64,000 nt of DNA, taken from positions 704,001 to 768,000 of the forward strand of contig CAVOGR010000007.1 in NCBI GenBank assembly GCA_963695555.1, given 5' to 3'. Positions 30,838-41,154 of the stretch are shown one piece after another. The position numbers were made by a program, and so were the translations under genes. The notes beneath the pieces were generated by a model. It was not told the DNA's origin and ran no database searches. It saw nothing but the letters and a program-made list of their open reading frames with translations. The DNA comes from an uncultured Gemmatimonadales bacterium (GTDB lineage: Bacteria; Gemmatimonadota; Gemmatimonadetes; Gemmatimonadales; GWC2-71-9). Position 1 is the first letter of the stretch, and each line of letters opens with the position of its first letter.

Positions 30838-31223
30838 CCAACAGTAAATTGAGCGCCGTTCTGCTCCTGGTAGCCGCGTTCGTCCTGGGCGCGCTCAGCG
30901 GTGGCGCGGCCCTGGCCCTGGCGGATCGGGGGGATGACGCACTGAAGCCCAAAGGAGAGCGGGTCGCGTTCATTGACCGGCTCGAGCGCGACCTCGAGCT
31001 CTCTCCCGAGCAACGGCACGGAGTGGAACTGATTCTCGAGGAGTACCGCCCCAAAATGGATTCCATGTGGCGGGAGGTTGCCCCGAAGTTCGACACGCTA
31101 CGCAGCGAAGTCCGAGTGAAGATCGACGCGCTCCTCACACCGGAGCAGCAAACCAAACACGGCGAACTGCTCAAGCGCAGAGCAGAACGTCATCGTCAGA
31201 ACGGGAAGTCCAATGCTCAGTAA
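30834..31223 (+). CDS. Membrane-anchored periplasmic Spy/CpxP-like protein
   Basis: N-terminal TM; LELSPEQ and LLTPEQ motifs. Confidence 0.72.
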   Translation: MTNSKLSAVLLLVAAFVLGALSGGAALALADRGDDALKPKGERVAFIDRLERDLELSPEQRHGVELILEEYRPKMDSMWREVAPKFDTLRSEVRVKIDALLTPEQQTKHGELLKRRAERHRQNGKSNAQ

Positions 31224-32517
31224 GACCTTCATGTTCGCGGCCGCGTTCGCGATACTCTCGGGCCCGGCCGCTGCCCAGGACCGCAGTGTGAGCCTGGCGG
31301 ATGCGATCCGCCTGGCGGAGCAAGCGCAGCCAAGCATCATGCGAGCCAATGCCGACATTCACAACGCGGGGGCGCAGAAGCGGGTCGCGATCGGGGCCTT
31401 CCTCCCCGACCTCACCGCGAGCAGCTCGGGATCCCAGAGTTATTCCGAGGGTGTCGATCGCATCGACTCCAATACCGGTCTCCCGCAAGCCAGCAACTCG
31501 ACCACGGGCAACGTCAATTTCCGGCTGAGTGCAGGCCTGGACCTCTTTTCAGGCTTTCGTCGGACAGCCGACCTCAGGGCCGCGAACGCGCAGCGTGATG
31601 CCGCCGAAGCCGGGTTAGTCGACGCTAAGTACCAAGTGGCTCTCTCGACGACCCAGGAGTTCTTGGCTGCCCTCGCGGCGGACGAGCTGCGCACGGTCAG
31701 GCAGGCCGGTGTCGTGCGCGCCGACGAGCAGCTCAAGGTCTCCATCGCCAAGCTCCGGAGCGGGTCGGCCACGCGGTCCGATTCCTTGCGCTCGCTGGTC
31801 ACGCTCGGCAACGCACGCCTTCAGCTCGTCACTGCGGAGACCCAGCTGGCCACGGCCGAGGCGAATCTCGCCCGGCTGATCGGCGTTGACGGCCGTGTGT
31901 CAGCCCTCGACGAGCCGGCCTTCCATGACGTGCTGACGACCATCGACCAGGACGCGTTACGACTCGAGGCGCTCGAACAGTCGCCGCGGGTGCAGAGCGC
32001 CGAGGCCGATGCTCAGGCGTCACGGGCGTCGTACAGCGCGTCGAAGTCCGCCTATTGGCCGACGCTTCGCTTGAGCGGCTCCTACACCTACAGCGGCAAC
32101 AGCCGGGTCAATGACTACCAACTGTTCCAATCGCGCCAGGCAAGCCTCAGCCTGAGCTGGCCGATCTTCAACGGGTTCACCCGCGAGCGCTCCATCACCC
32201 AGCAATCCGGCGCGATGGACGTGGCCGAGGCCACGGCACGGGATGTACGTCGGCAGATCCAGGCCGCGCTGACGCAACGCTTCGCCGAGCTGGACGCCGC
32301 GGCGCTTCGCATCGACATCTCGCAGACCAGTGTGGTGGCCGCTGAGGAAGATCTTCGGGTCCAGCAGGAGCGGTATCGTCTCGGTGCCGCGACGATCTTT
32401 GACGTCCTCACATCGCAAGAAGCACTCAACCAAGCGGAGGTAGACGTGGTCAACGCCCGCTTCGACTATCTACGAGCCAAGGCGCAGATCGAGGCGCTGA
32501 TCGGACGGCAACTATGA
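31213..32517 (+). CDS. TolC family outer membrane efflux protein
   Basis: Signal peptide; two OEP repeats ([28 protein letters not shown]). Confidence 0.92.
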   Translation: MLSKTFMFAAAFAILSGPAAAQDRSVSLADAIRLAEQAQPSIMRANADIHNAGAQKRVAIGAFLPDLTASSSGSQSYSEGVDRIDSNTGLPQASNSTTGNVNFRLSAGLDLFSGFRRTADLRAANAQRDAAEAGLVDAKYQVALSTTQEFLAALAADELRTVRQAGVVRADEQLKVSIAKLRSGSATRSDSLRSLVTLGNARLQLVTAETQLATAEANLARLIGVDGRVSALDEPAFHDVLTTIDQDALRLEALEQSPRVQSAEADAQASRASYSASKSAYWPTLRLSGSYTYSGNSRVNDYQLFQSRQASLSLSWPIFNGFTRERSITQQSGAMDVAEATARDVRRQIQAALTQRFAELDAAALRIDISQTSVVAAEEDLRVQQERYRLGAATIFDVLTSQEALNQAEVDVVNARFDYLRAKAQIEALIGRQL

Positions 32518-33269
32518 GTCGCGGAATGCTCGATACCGCGGAACGCATGGCCCTCTTACCAGGCGACGTGCCCCGCGACGCCGTCATCGTCACCCGGGCA
32601 CTGACGCGGGAATACGACATGGGCGGGGAAATTGTCCACGCGCTCCAAGGAGTCGACGTCATCATTCGCAAGAATGAGTTCGTCGCCATCATGGGACCGT
32701 CGGGTTCCGGGAAGTCGACCCTGATGAACATGATCGGCTGCCTCGACACGCCCACCGCCGGGGAGTACTGGCTCAACGGCCATCGGGTGTCGGAACTAGG
32801 CGACAACGAGCTGGCGCGGATCCGGAACAAGGAAATCGGGTTCGTGTTCCAGACCTTCAACCTGCTCCCCCGGGCCACCGCGCTGCACAACGTGGAGTTG
32901 CCACTGGTGTATGCCGGCAGTGGCAGCAAGGAGCGGCGTGCGCTCGCCGAGGAGGCCCTGCGCCGAGTCGGCCTCGCCGACCGGATGGAGCACCGTCCCA
33001 ACGAGCTGTCGGGCGGACAGCGCCAACGGGTGGCGGTGGCGCGGGCGCTGGTGAATCACCCCAGCATCCTCCTGGCAGACGAGCCGACCGGGAATCTCGA
33101 CTCGGTCACGAGCGCCGAAATCATGGAACTGTTCGAGGATCTCCATAGCGACGGTCAGACCATCATCTTGGTGACCCACGAAAAAGACATTGCTGCGCAC
33201 GCCGACCGCGAAATCCACCTGCTGGACGGTCGGGTCGAGCAGGACCTTCAAACGAAGAGAGTTCACTGA
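32514..33269 (+). CDS. ABC transporter ATP-binding protein (MacB/LolD family)
   Basis: [40 protein letters not shown]. Confidence 0.95.
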   Translation: MSRGMLDTAERMALLPGDVPRDAVIVTRALTREYDMGGEIVHALQGVDVIIRKNEFVAIMGPSGSGKSTLMNMIGCLDTPTAGEYWLNGHRVSELGDNELARIRNKEIGFVFQTFNLLPRATALHNVELPLVYAGSGSKERRALAEEALRRVGLADRMEHRPNELSGGQRQRVAVARALVNHPSILLADEPTGNLDSVTSAEIMELFEDLHSDGQTIILVTHEKDIAAHADREIHLLDGRVEQDLQTKRVH

Positions 33270-34786
33270 TGCGGACACGTAGCGTACTGATCGCGGTCGG
33301 TGCGGCAGGCTTGACCGCTGCCGGGTGTAATGGCAAAGAAGAGACGACCGTGGTGTACCAGGCCTTGCCCGTCGTGCAACGCGACATCGTCCTGTCGGCC
33401 CAGGCGGCCGGAATCATCGAGCCGGACACCACGGTGGAGGTCAAGTCCAAGGCCTCCGGCGAGATTCTGGAGATTCGGGTTGAGACCGGCGAATTGGTCG
33501 AGCGCGGCACCCTCATGGTCCGGATTGACCAACGCACCCCGCGCAACAACCTGGCACAGGCTGATGCCGAACTCGAAGTGGCGAAAGCGCAGCTGGCCAA
33601 CGCCCTGGCCCAGAAGCGCCGGGCGGACGAGTTGTTCACGTCTCAATCGATTACCGAGACCGAGCACGAGAAGGCCGACCTCGATTACGCCAACGCCAAG
33701 GCCACGGTGGTGCGCGCCGAAGTCCAGGTCGAGAACGCGCGTATCCGGATGGACGACACCGACGTCCGCGCGCCCATCACGGGCACCATCATCGAGAAGA
33801 ACGTGGAACGTGGCCAGGTCATCTCCTCGCCCACCTCCGACGTAGGTGGAGGGACGGTGCTCTTGCAGATGGCCGACCTGAATCTGGTCCAAGTGCGGAC
33901 TCTGGTGGATGAGACCGACATCGGAAAGATCCAACCAGGCCTCCCAGCCACGGTATTGGTGGCCGCGTTCCCGAACCGGCCGTTCGACGGCACGGTCCTC
34001 AAGGTCGAACCGCAGGCCGTCACGCAGCAGAACGTGACCATGTTCCCGGTGCTGGTGCGCATCGAGAACCGGGAGCTGTTGCTGAAACCCGGCATGAACT
34101 CCGAAGTCGAGATTCATATCGGCCGGCGCGACGGCGTGTTGGCCGTCCCCAACGCGGCGCTCCGCACCCGGGCAGACGTCGGCTCCGCCGCACAGGTACT
34201 GGGACTGACCATGGAGCGAGTGCAGGACCAGCTGGCCCAGGCCGAACAGCCCGCCGGCGATTCCGACGTGAGCCAGGCGTCGCTCGCGGCCAAGGCCAAC
34301 GGCGACTCGACCACCAAGGCCGAGACGATCCAAATGCCCAACGGCACAACAGTGACCCTGCCGGAGGGCGTGAGCGCGGCTCAGGTTCGCGCCATTTTCG
34401 CCAAGTTCCAAAGCGGTCAGCGCCCCACCGCTGAGGAGCGGGCCCTGCTTCAGAAGATCCGTGGAGGCAGCGGCGGAGGTGGCGGCCGCCCGCGCGGCGG
34501 CGGACAGCAGAGCCAAATCGATGCGCAGATGGGCGGCCAGTACATCGTCTTCGTGCTACGCGACGGACAGCCGACCGCGGTGACCATCCAGACCGGCCTC
34601 ACCGACTTGGACTACAGCGAAGTCGTGACCGGCGTCACGGAGCGCGACTCGGTGTTGGTGCTCCCAAGTGCAGGCCTGGTTCGGTCCCAGCAGGAGTTCC
34701 AGGACCGGATCAACCGCGTGACCGGGGGGGGCGGGTTGCCCGGCGTTCGGTCGTCCAACTCACCCAGTTCATCGAACTCGCGCTAG
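33269..34786 (+). CDS. Periplasmic adaptor (MacA/HlyD-like) lipoprotein
   Basis: Lipobox AAGC; VEVKSKASG, VRAPITG, VDETDIG, LKPGM, AVPNAAL; Gly/Arg-rich insertion. Confidence 0.92.
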   Translation: MRTRSVLIAVGAAGLTAAGCNGKEETTVVYQALPVVQRDIVLSAQAAGIIEPDTTVEVKSKASGEILEIRVETGELVERGTLMVRIDQRTPRNNLAQADAELEVAKAQLANALAQKRRADELFTSQSITETEHEKADLDYANAKATVVRAEVQVENARIRMDDTDVRAPITGTIIEKNVERGQVISSPTSDVGGGTVLLQMADLNLVQVRTLVDETDIGKIQPGLPATVLVAAFPNRPFDGTVLKVEPQAVTQQNVTMFPVLVRIENRELLLKPGMNSEVEIHIGRRDGVLAVPNAALRTRADVGSAAQVLGLTMERVQDQLAQAEQPAGDSDVSQASLAAKANGDSTTKAETIQMPNGTTVTLPEGVSAAQVRAIFAKFQSGQRPTAEERALLQKIRGGSGGGGGRPRGGGQQSQIDAQMGGQYIVFVLRDGQPTAVTIQTGLTDLDYSEVVTGVTERDSVLVLPSAGLVRSQQEFQDRINRVTGGGGLPGVRSSNSPSSSNSR

Positions 34787-34798
34787 GGGATCCAGAGC

Positions 34799-36013
34799 AT
34801 GTTATTCGGCGAGACCCTACAGGTCGCCTTTCAATCCATCCGAGCGAATCTGCTGCGTTCCCTCCTCACCATGCTGGGAATCATCATCGGGGTGGCCGCG
34901 GTCATCACCATGGTGGCCTTGGGGACGGGAGCTCAGCGCGCGGTAGAGGAACGCATTTCCAGCCTCGGCGCCAACCTGCTCCAGATATATGCGGGTCAGT
35001 CGATGCACCGCGGCGTGGCTTCGTCGGAGCGGGTAAGCCTGACGACGGATGATGCGTACGCGCTCAGGAGAGAAGCACGACTCCTTTCAGAAGTCGTTCC
35101 GGAATTACAGCGATCACTGCAAGTGAAGTACGGCAACAAGAACCTCAACGTCAATATCAATGGAACCACCCCGAACTTCTTTAAGGTCAACAACTTCAAG
35201 CTGGCCAATGGACGCCTGCTGACCGCAGGCGACAACGAAGCGCGCCAGCGCTTCGCAGTGCTCGGCGGGGCCATTCCGACCATGCTCGAGGTGAACCCCG
35301 CCGCGCTCATCAATCAGACGCTGCTGATCCGGAGCATCCCCTTCACGATCATTGGAGTTCTCGAAGAGAAGGGGGCGGAGGGAGCGTGGAGCAACCCCGA
35401 CGAACAAATCGTGATTCCACTGGGCACGGCACAGTACCGGGTGTTCGGCACCGATCGGCTCCGGTCGATCACCGTCGAAGTGGCCAAGAACGTCCCGCTC
35501 GAGCAGGGTATGGTGGACCTCGAACGCGTGCTGCGGAAAGAGCACAAGCTCCCCCCGGGCCGCGACAACGATTTCCAGATTCGCAACCGGCAACAGATCC
35601 TCGCCACCCAACAGGAGGCGACGCAGATCTTCACCTATCTCTTGGCGAGCATCGCCGGCGTCAGTCTCCTGGTGGGCGGCATCGGCATCATGAACATCAT
35701 GCTGGTCTCCGTGACCGAGCGGACCCGTGAAATTGGAATTCGGAAGGCGCTCGGCGCCACCAAGACCAATATCCTGATGCAATTCTTGGTGGAAGCGCTA
35801 ACGCTGTGTCTGGTCGGCGGCGTCCTCGGCATCCTGCTCGGTGTTGGCGCCGCGGTTGCCCTCGCCGAGCTCGCCGGCTGGAACACGCTCGTGTCGCCGA
35901 CGGCGGTCGGGGTTGCCTTTGCCTTCAGCGCCGCAATCGGCCTGTTCTTCGGAATCTGGCCCGCGCGACGGGCATCGCTCCTCGATCCGATCGTCGCACT
36001 CCGGTTCGAATAG
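34799..36013 (+). CDS. ABC transporter permease (MacB/FtsX family)
   Basis: RSLLTMLGIIIGVAAVI, GGIGIMNIMLVSVTERTREIGIRKALGA, PARRASLLDPIVALR. Confidence 0.95.
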   Translation: MLFGETLQVAFQSIRANLLRSLLTMLGIIIGVAAVITMVALGTGAQRAVEERISSLGANLLQIYAGQSMHRGVASSERVSLTTDDAYALRREARLLSEVVPELQRSLQVKYGNKNLNVNINGTTPNFFKVNNFKLANGRLLTAGDNEARQRFAVLGGAIPTMLEVNPAALINQTLLIRSIPFTIIGVLEEKGAEGAWSNPDEQIVIPLGTAQYRVFGTDRLRSITVEVAKNVPLEQGMVDLERVLRKEHKLPPGRDNDFQIRNRQQILATQQEATQIFTYLLASIAGVSLLVGGIGIMNIMLVSVTERTREIGIRKALGATKTNILMQFLVEALTLCLVGGVLGILLGVGAAVALAELAGWNTLVSPTAVGVAFAFSAAIGLFFGIWPARRASLLDPIVALRFE

Positions 36014-36028
36014 GTCCGGGTCCGGCAT

Positions 36029-36070
36029 GCGTTGAGGTCCCGGAAGGTACGCCGGGACCTCAACGCGTTT
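36029..36070 (+). terminator. Hairpin, probable intrinsic terminator after the efflux operon
   Basis: Perfect 15-bp stem GCGTTGAGGTCCCGG / CCGGGACCTCAACGC, 8-nt loop, followed by GTTT. Confidence 0.7.
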
Positions 36071-36186
36071 CCCCTCGCGCAACTCTCGACTACATTGTCC
36101 CCGCGTTCGGAGCGCTGCGACGCCGCTCGATCATGAGCTGACCGAGAGGTAGACCCGACTCACTCCCGAGGGCGCCCACGTCGGAT

Positions 36187-38469
36187 ATGCTGGCACTCTT
36201 CCTCTTCCTCCAAGGCACCACGGCCACCCCTCAAGCGGCGGTGGTTGGCCAAGGAGCACCCACGGTTACCGTGCCCCGCCTCGAGAGCTCGGTCGTGGTC
36301 GACGGCCGGCTCGACGAGCCGGTCTGGGCCGAGGCCGTGCGCCTGACCGGGTTCCACCAATACCAGCCGGTAGACAGCCGCCCGGCCGAGGAGCGCACCG
36401 ATGTCCTGGTGTGGTACTCGCCCCAGGCGCTCCACTTCGGCGTGTTGGCCTTCGACCGCAACCCGGCCTCGATCCGAGCGTCCGTGGCGGATCGCGACAA
36501 CCTGGGCGCGGACGACCGGATCGTGATCTACCTCGACACGTTCAACGACCGGCGCCGCGCCTTCTTCTTCGGCGTCAATCCGTTGGGCGCGCAACAAGAC
36601 GGCGTCCGGACGGAGGGGGGGTCGCCCAGTGCCGGCAACTTGTTTGGCGGATCGATCGACCTGAACCCGGACTACTATTTCGAATCGAAGGGCACCATCA
36701 CGGACAGCGGCTACGTGGTGGAGATCCGTATCCCGTTCAAGAGTCTCCGCTATCCGGGCAACGGACCTCAGCGCTGGGGCCTGAATATCGTGCGGAACGT
36801 CCAGCGCACCGGGTACGAGGATACCTGGACCGATGTCCGCCGGGCCAATGCGAGCTTTCTCGCGCAGGCCGGCGTTATCGAGGGGCTCCACGATCTCGAT
36901 CGCGGGATCGTCGCCGAGGTCCAGCCGTTCGTCACAGCGACGGCAAACGGGGCGCGAAACCAAACAACCGGCCGGTTCGACCGCGACGCCCTCGATCCGG
37001 ATATCGGCGTCAATGCCCGCTTGGGATTCACCAATCTCTCCATCGACCTGACCGGAAACCCCGATTTCAGCCAGGTCGAGTCCGATGAGGGACTGGTGAC
37101 GGTCAACGAGCGTTTCGCGCTGTTCTTCCCCGAGAAGCGGCCCTTCTTTCTCGAGGGGATCGAGTTGTTCTCCACCCCCAACCAACTCGTGTATACCCGC
37201 CGAGTGGCGAACCCCGTTGTCGGCGCGAAACTCACCGGAAAGCTCGGAGGTCTCGGGTTGGCCCACCTGACCGCCCTCGACGAGACGGCAGGTGACGACG
37301 CCCTGTTCAACATCACCAGGATCCAGCGAGACCTGGGCGCCAACTCGCTGGCTGGGCTCACGGTGACCAACCGCGACCAGGGCCGCGAGTACAACCGTGT
37401 GATCGCCGGCGACGCACGCATCGTCTTCGGGAAGCTCTACTTCGTGGACGGGCAGCTCGGGGCGTCGTGGACCGGCGACGGATCCAGCTCGCGCTCGGCG
37501 GCCCTGTGGCGGGCGACCTTCGATCGAACGGGTCGGTCCTGGGGTTTCAACTACCAACTGACCGGCATCGGTGAAGACTTCGAGAGCCGAGCCGGTTTCG
37601 TTCCGCGTGCCAATATCGTCACGGCCCACGCCTTCAATCGGCTCACGTTCTATGGCGGGCGTGGAGCGTTGATCGAGAATTTCACGACGTTCTTCGGCCC
37701 TACCCGACTCTGGACGTACACGGCCTTCGGATCGGAGACCCCGATCGAAGGAGAGGAGTCCGTCACCTTCAATGTTCAGCTGCGCGGAGGCTGGTTCGTG
37801 AGGGCCAACGTCGCCCGCCGGTTTCAACGATTTGATGCTGCCGCCTATGCCGATGTCCAGGTCGATCGGGGTGGCGGCGTGCTGGAGCCTTTTCAACCCC
37901 CGGACGAGCTCACCAATCAGTTCGGGACATCTTTGTCGATCACCAGCCCAACCTACCAGAGCTTCGATGCGTCGCTCAGTTGGTCGTACGGAGAAGTTCC
38001 CATCTTCGACGAAGCCTCCGAGGGTCGGGAGACTCGGCTCAGCGGCAGCGTGCGGATCCGTCCGACGGGATCGGTCCGGATCGAGGGGAGCACGCGGGTC
38101 GCCTGGATTCGGCGGGCACGCGATGGATCGGAGTTCGCGCGGACCATCCTGCCGCGGCTCAAGATCGAGTATCAACCGTCGAGGGCCCTCTTCTTTCGGT
38201 TCATCGGGGAATACCGCTCCGAGCGCCGAGCCGCTCTGCTCGACCCCCAAACCGGCGACCCGCTGGTCGAGAACGGTGCGGCCGCTCCGCGACGCGATAC
38301 CAACACCCTGCGAATGGATTGGCTGGCTTCCTATGAACCCACGCCTGGGACGGTGATCTTTCTGGGATATGGAGCCATTCTCGCGACCCCGAAGACGTTC
38401 GACTTCACGGATCTGAGCCGGGAGCTCGACGGTGTGTTCATCAAGCTGGCCTATCAATTCCGCCGGTAG
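36187..38469 (+). CDS. CBM9-like/DUF5916 domain outer-membrane protein
   Basis: VDGRLDEPVW, YLDTFND, NPLGAQQD, EIRIPFKSLRY, NPDFSQVESD, FPEKRPFFLEG; ends FIKLAYQFRR. Confidence 0.88.
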   Translation: MLALFLFLQGTTATPQAAVVGQGAPTVTVPRLESSVVVDGRLDEPVWAEAVRLTGFHQYQPVDSRPAEERTDVLVWYSPQALHFGVLAFDRNPASIRASVADRDNLGADDRIVIYLDTFNDRRRAFFFGVNPLGAQQDGVRTEGGSPSAGNLFGGSIDLNPDYYFESKGTITDSGYVVEIRIPFKSLRYPGNGPQRWGLNIVRNVQRTGYEDTWTDVRRANASFLAQAGVIEGLHDLDRGIVAEVQPFVTATANGARNQTTGRFDRDALDPDIGVNARLGFTNLSIDLTGNPDFSQVESDEGLVTVNERFALFFPEKRPFFLEGIELFSTPNQLVYTRRVANPVVGAKLTGKLGGLGLAHLTALDETAGDDALFNITRIQRDLGANSLAGLTVTNRDQGREYNRVIAGDARIVFGKLYFVDGQLGASWTGDGSSSRSAALWRATFDRTGRSWGFNYQLTGIGEDFESRAGFVPRANIVTAHAFNRLTFYGGRGALIENFTTFFGPTRLWTYTAFGSETPIEGEESVTFNVQLRGGWFVRANVARRFQRFDAAAYADVQVDRGGGVLEPFQPPDELTNQFGTSLSITSPTYQSFDASLSWSYGEVPIFDEASEGRETRLSGSVRIRPTGSVRIEGSTRVAWIRRARDGSEFARTILPRLKIEYQPSRALFFRFIGEYRSERRAALLDPQTGDPLVENGAAAPRRDTNTLRMDWLASYEPTPGTVIFLGYGAILATPKTFDFTDLSRELDGVFIKLAYQFRR

Positions 38470-38508
38470 CGGGACGAATACGCACGGCGGGGCCCGCCCG
38501 GCACGCGT

Positions 38509-39765
38509 GTGACGCCGGATCTCAGGAGGTGGGCGGCCCCGCTGACCATTACGGTGGCGCTCCTCGTCGCCCGGGTCGCCTCGGTTCCGGCTATTACCGA
38601 TCCCACCGGCGCACCCCTGCCGACCGGGCTATCGCTCTCGACTCCCTGGCTCCATGTGGTAGCCGCCCCTCTCTTCACGCTCTGGGACGGGATGTCCATG
38701 CTCAGCATGAGCAGGCTCGGAAGCTGCCTGCTGGGAATGGCCGGCCTCTATGTTCTGTGGAGGGTGATCCGCTGGTGGCAACACCGGCGCGTCCTGCGTG
38801 AACTTGGCTACGCGGCCCTCGCGCTGGTGGGGTTCGCGCTGTTCATCGTGGCGGGGGCCATCTGGCACCGCCCCATGGTTTCTCTGACCGGCGTTCCCGG
38901 CGGGATGGTCGCCGTCGATTTTCATTCACACAGCAACGCGTCGCATGATGTCGAAGGAATCATGCAAAACTGGGATGTCCAAGCGGTTCGCCGCTGGCAC
39001 GCCCGGGCTGGGTTCGATGCCTTCTTCCTAACCGACCACAATACCCAAAACACGGCCCCTCGGCAGATTCCGACAGAAAGGCCCTACGTCTGTCCCGGCA
39101 TCGAGGTCAGCGCTTGGCGCGCCCATGTCGTACTGCTCGGTACCAGCGAAGTCGTCGATCGCGGGCCCTACGCCCAATCACTCGACGGCGTGTTCGCGCT
39201 GCTCCGCGATGCGTCGGCCAAACTTAACGCCATCTCCATCGCATCGATCCCCGAATACGAGCGGAACCACTGGGACAACCTCGAATCCTGGGTGGCCGCG
39301 GGCCTCGGCGGATTCGAGATCGTGAACGCCTCGCCCAAGGCGAATGAACTCTCTCGTGTCCGGCGCGACTCGGTGATCGCGCTCGCACGCCGCACCGACC
39401 GCATCGTGGTCGGCGTGAGCGACCAACACGGGTGGGGCGCGACGAGCATGGTGTGGAACCTGGTATCGGTGTCCGATGGATCAGCCCGGAGCGGCGACCC
39501 GTGCGCCGCAATCCTCGGTCGCCTGACCAACTCCGGATTCCGGGCGGTGCAGGTCGTGGAGCGCCATCGCCTGCGGGCCGACTCGACCTGGCCCGCCTGG
39601 CTCACCGCGATCGGCCTGGTGTGGGAGACGTGGCGCGCGATGAGTTGGCCCCTCGTGGTGGGCTGGCTCGCGTGGATTTGGCTCGGGGCCGCCCTGGCCG
39701 TCCGCTTCGGCCGCGACCGAAGCCTTGTGCCGACCCAGGGAGGGAGTCCAGAATTGGCGGTATGA
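38509..39765 (+). CDS. Membrane-anchored PHP-family metallohydrolase
   Basis: N- and C-terminal TMs; DFHSHS, TDHN, GIEV, H and SDQH PHP motifs. Confidence 0.78.
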   Translation: MTPDLRRWAAPLTITVALLVARVASVPAITDPTGAPLPTGLSLSTPWLHVVAAPLFTLWDGMSMLSMSRLGSCLLGMAGLYVLWRVIRWWQHRRVLRELGYAALALVGFALFIVAGAIWHRPMVSLTGVPGGMVAVDFHSHSNASHDVEGIMQNWDVQAVRRWHARAGFDAFFLTDHNTQNTAPRQIPTERPYVCPGIEVSAWRAHVVLLGTSEVVDRGPYAQSLDGVFALLRDASAKLNAISIASIPEYERNHWDNLESWVAAGLGGFEIVNASPKANELSRVRRDSVIALARRTDRIVVGVSDQHGWGATSMVWNLVSVSDGSARSGDPCAAILGRLTNSGFRAVQVVERHRLRADSTWPAWLTAIGLVWETWRAMSWPLVVGWLAWIWLGAALAVRFGRDRSLVPTQGGSPELAV

Positions 39766-40757
39766 AACGATCTCACATCGTGGGCACTGGGTTTGCCGTG
39801 CCCGACCGCGTTGTTACCAACGACGATCTCACGCGATGGATGGACACCTCGGACGAATGGATTCGGGCGCGAACCGGCATCGAGGAGCGGCGCTGGGTCG
39901 AGGAAGGACAGACCAGCACCGCCCTTGCGGTCCAGGCCTCCGAGCGAGCGCTCGCATCGGCCGGATTGGCGGCCGACGACCTGGATGCTATCGTGTTCGC
40001 CACATCCACGCCCGACCATTTCTGCCCGGGCGGCGGGGTCCTGCTTCAGCACGCATTGGGCATCGGGACGGTCCCCGCCATCGACATCAGGACCCAATGC
40101 AGCGGATTCGTCTACGCGCTCGCCGTGGCGGACGCGTGGATCCGGACCGGGCTGTTCCGCCACATCCTCGTTGTCGGCGTCGAGATTCAATCGACCGGGA
40201 TGGATTTGACCACGGCCGGACGCGACACCGCCGTGATCTTCGCCGATGGGGCCGGAGCCGCCGTCCTCGGCGAATCCCAGGATCCCGAGCGAGGCCTGCT
40301 GGCGTTCGACCTGCACGGCGAAGGCGAATACGCCCAGAAACTCTGGGTGGACAGCCCCGGTTCGCAGTACCATCCCCGCATCGCCCAGGACCACCTCGAC
40401 CACGGCCGGCACCTGCTCCAGATGGAGGGCCGGGAAGTCTTCCGCCACGCCGTGACGCGAATGCCCGAGTCGACCACGGCGGTCCTGGCCAAGGCGGGCC
40501 TTTCGCTGGCCGACTTGAACCTGCTCATCCCGCACCAGGCCAACTTGCGGATCTCCGAGGCCATGCAAAAGAGGCTCGGCCTTAAAGACGACCAGGTCTA
40601 CAACAACATCATGCGATACGGCAACACCACGGCCGCGACCATCCCCATCGCGCTGGATGAGTGCCTCCGGGGCGGCAGAATCACCCCCGGCATGATCGTG
40701 GTGCTGACCGCGTTTGGTTCGGGCTTTCTTTGGGGGAGCGTCGCCATTCGCTGGTAG
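39762..40757 (+). CDS. fabH: 3-oxoacyl-ACP synthase III
   Basis: DTSDEWIRARTGI, QCSGF (Cys), FADGAGA, PHQAN (His), YGNTTAA (Asn), FGSG. Confidence 0.93.
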   Translation: MKRSHIVGTGFAVPDRVVTNDDLTRWMDTSDEWIRARTGIEERRWVEEGQTSTALAVQASERALASAGLAADDLDAIVFATSTPDHFCPGGGVLLQHALGIGTVPAIDIRTQCSGFVYALAVADAWIRTGLFRHILVVGVEIQSTGMDLTTAGRDTAVIFADGAGAAVLGESQDPERGLLAFDLHGEGEYAQKLWVDSPGSQYHPRIAQDHLDHGRHLLQMEGREVFRHAVTRMPESTTAVLAKAGLSLADLNLLIPHQANLRISEAMQKRLGLKDDQVYNNIMRYGNTTAATIPIALDECLRGGRITPGMIVVLTAFGSGFLWGSVAIRW

Positions 40758-40767
40758 GTCAGGGGGT

Positions 40768-40794
40768 TGAATCTTTCCGGCCGTTCGTTTCGTA
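40768..40794 (+). promoter_or_regulatory. Possible ECF-sigma promoter TGAATC-N17-CGTA
   Basis: TGAATC tttccggccgttcgttt CGTA, 38 nt before ATG 40833 (GAGGAG RBS). Confidence 0.45.
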
Positions 40795-40832
40795 CTGCAA
40801 CACACTGATCTCCCACACCTGAGGAGCCTGGA

Positions 40833-41102
40833 ATGTCGGTGTTCATCAGCCTCATCGCGATCGCAGCGATTGGCATAGTCAGCTTCACGCTCGCGCGAAA
40901 CTATGTGAAGCGGCGGCTCCGGTTCGTCGATGCGATCTATTCGCCGCTCGCCCCTGTGGTGGCGGCGGTCATCGGAGGGCTGCTCACGTGGCCCCTCGCC
41001 ATCCTTCCTTTCATTACAACGGGGATGGCGGCCATCTTCGGCATCGGCTCGGGGCTGGGCACGGCGAGTGCCGTGAAGGCCTTGAAACGCGGCGAGGTGT
41101 GA
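40833..41102 (+). CDS. Small hypothetical membrane protein
   Basis: GAGGAG RBS; 89 aa, three hydrophobic segments. Confidence 0.78.
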   Translation: MSVFISLIAIAAIGIVSFTLARNYVKRRLRFVDAIYSPLAPVVAAVIGGLLTWPLAILPFITTGMAAIFGIGSGLGTASAVKALKRGEV

Positions 41103-41154
41103 TCGCCTCCGAGCGGGCTTTCACGCGCGCGTCAGGCTCGATATCTTGGGGCCC

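Noticed and set aside
36160..38457. 765-aa antisense ORF spanning the DUF5916 gene
   Set aside because: Codon-aligned shadow of a well-supported gene in high-GC DNA, with no motifs. The same applies to 22..747, 4945..6165, 39168..40805, 46115..47380 and 62510..63877.
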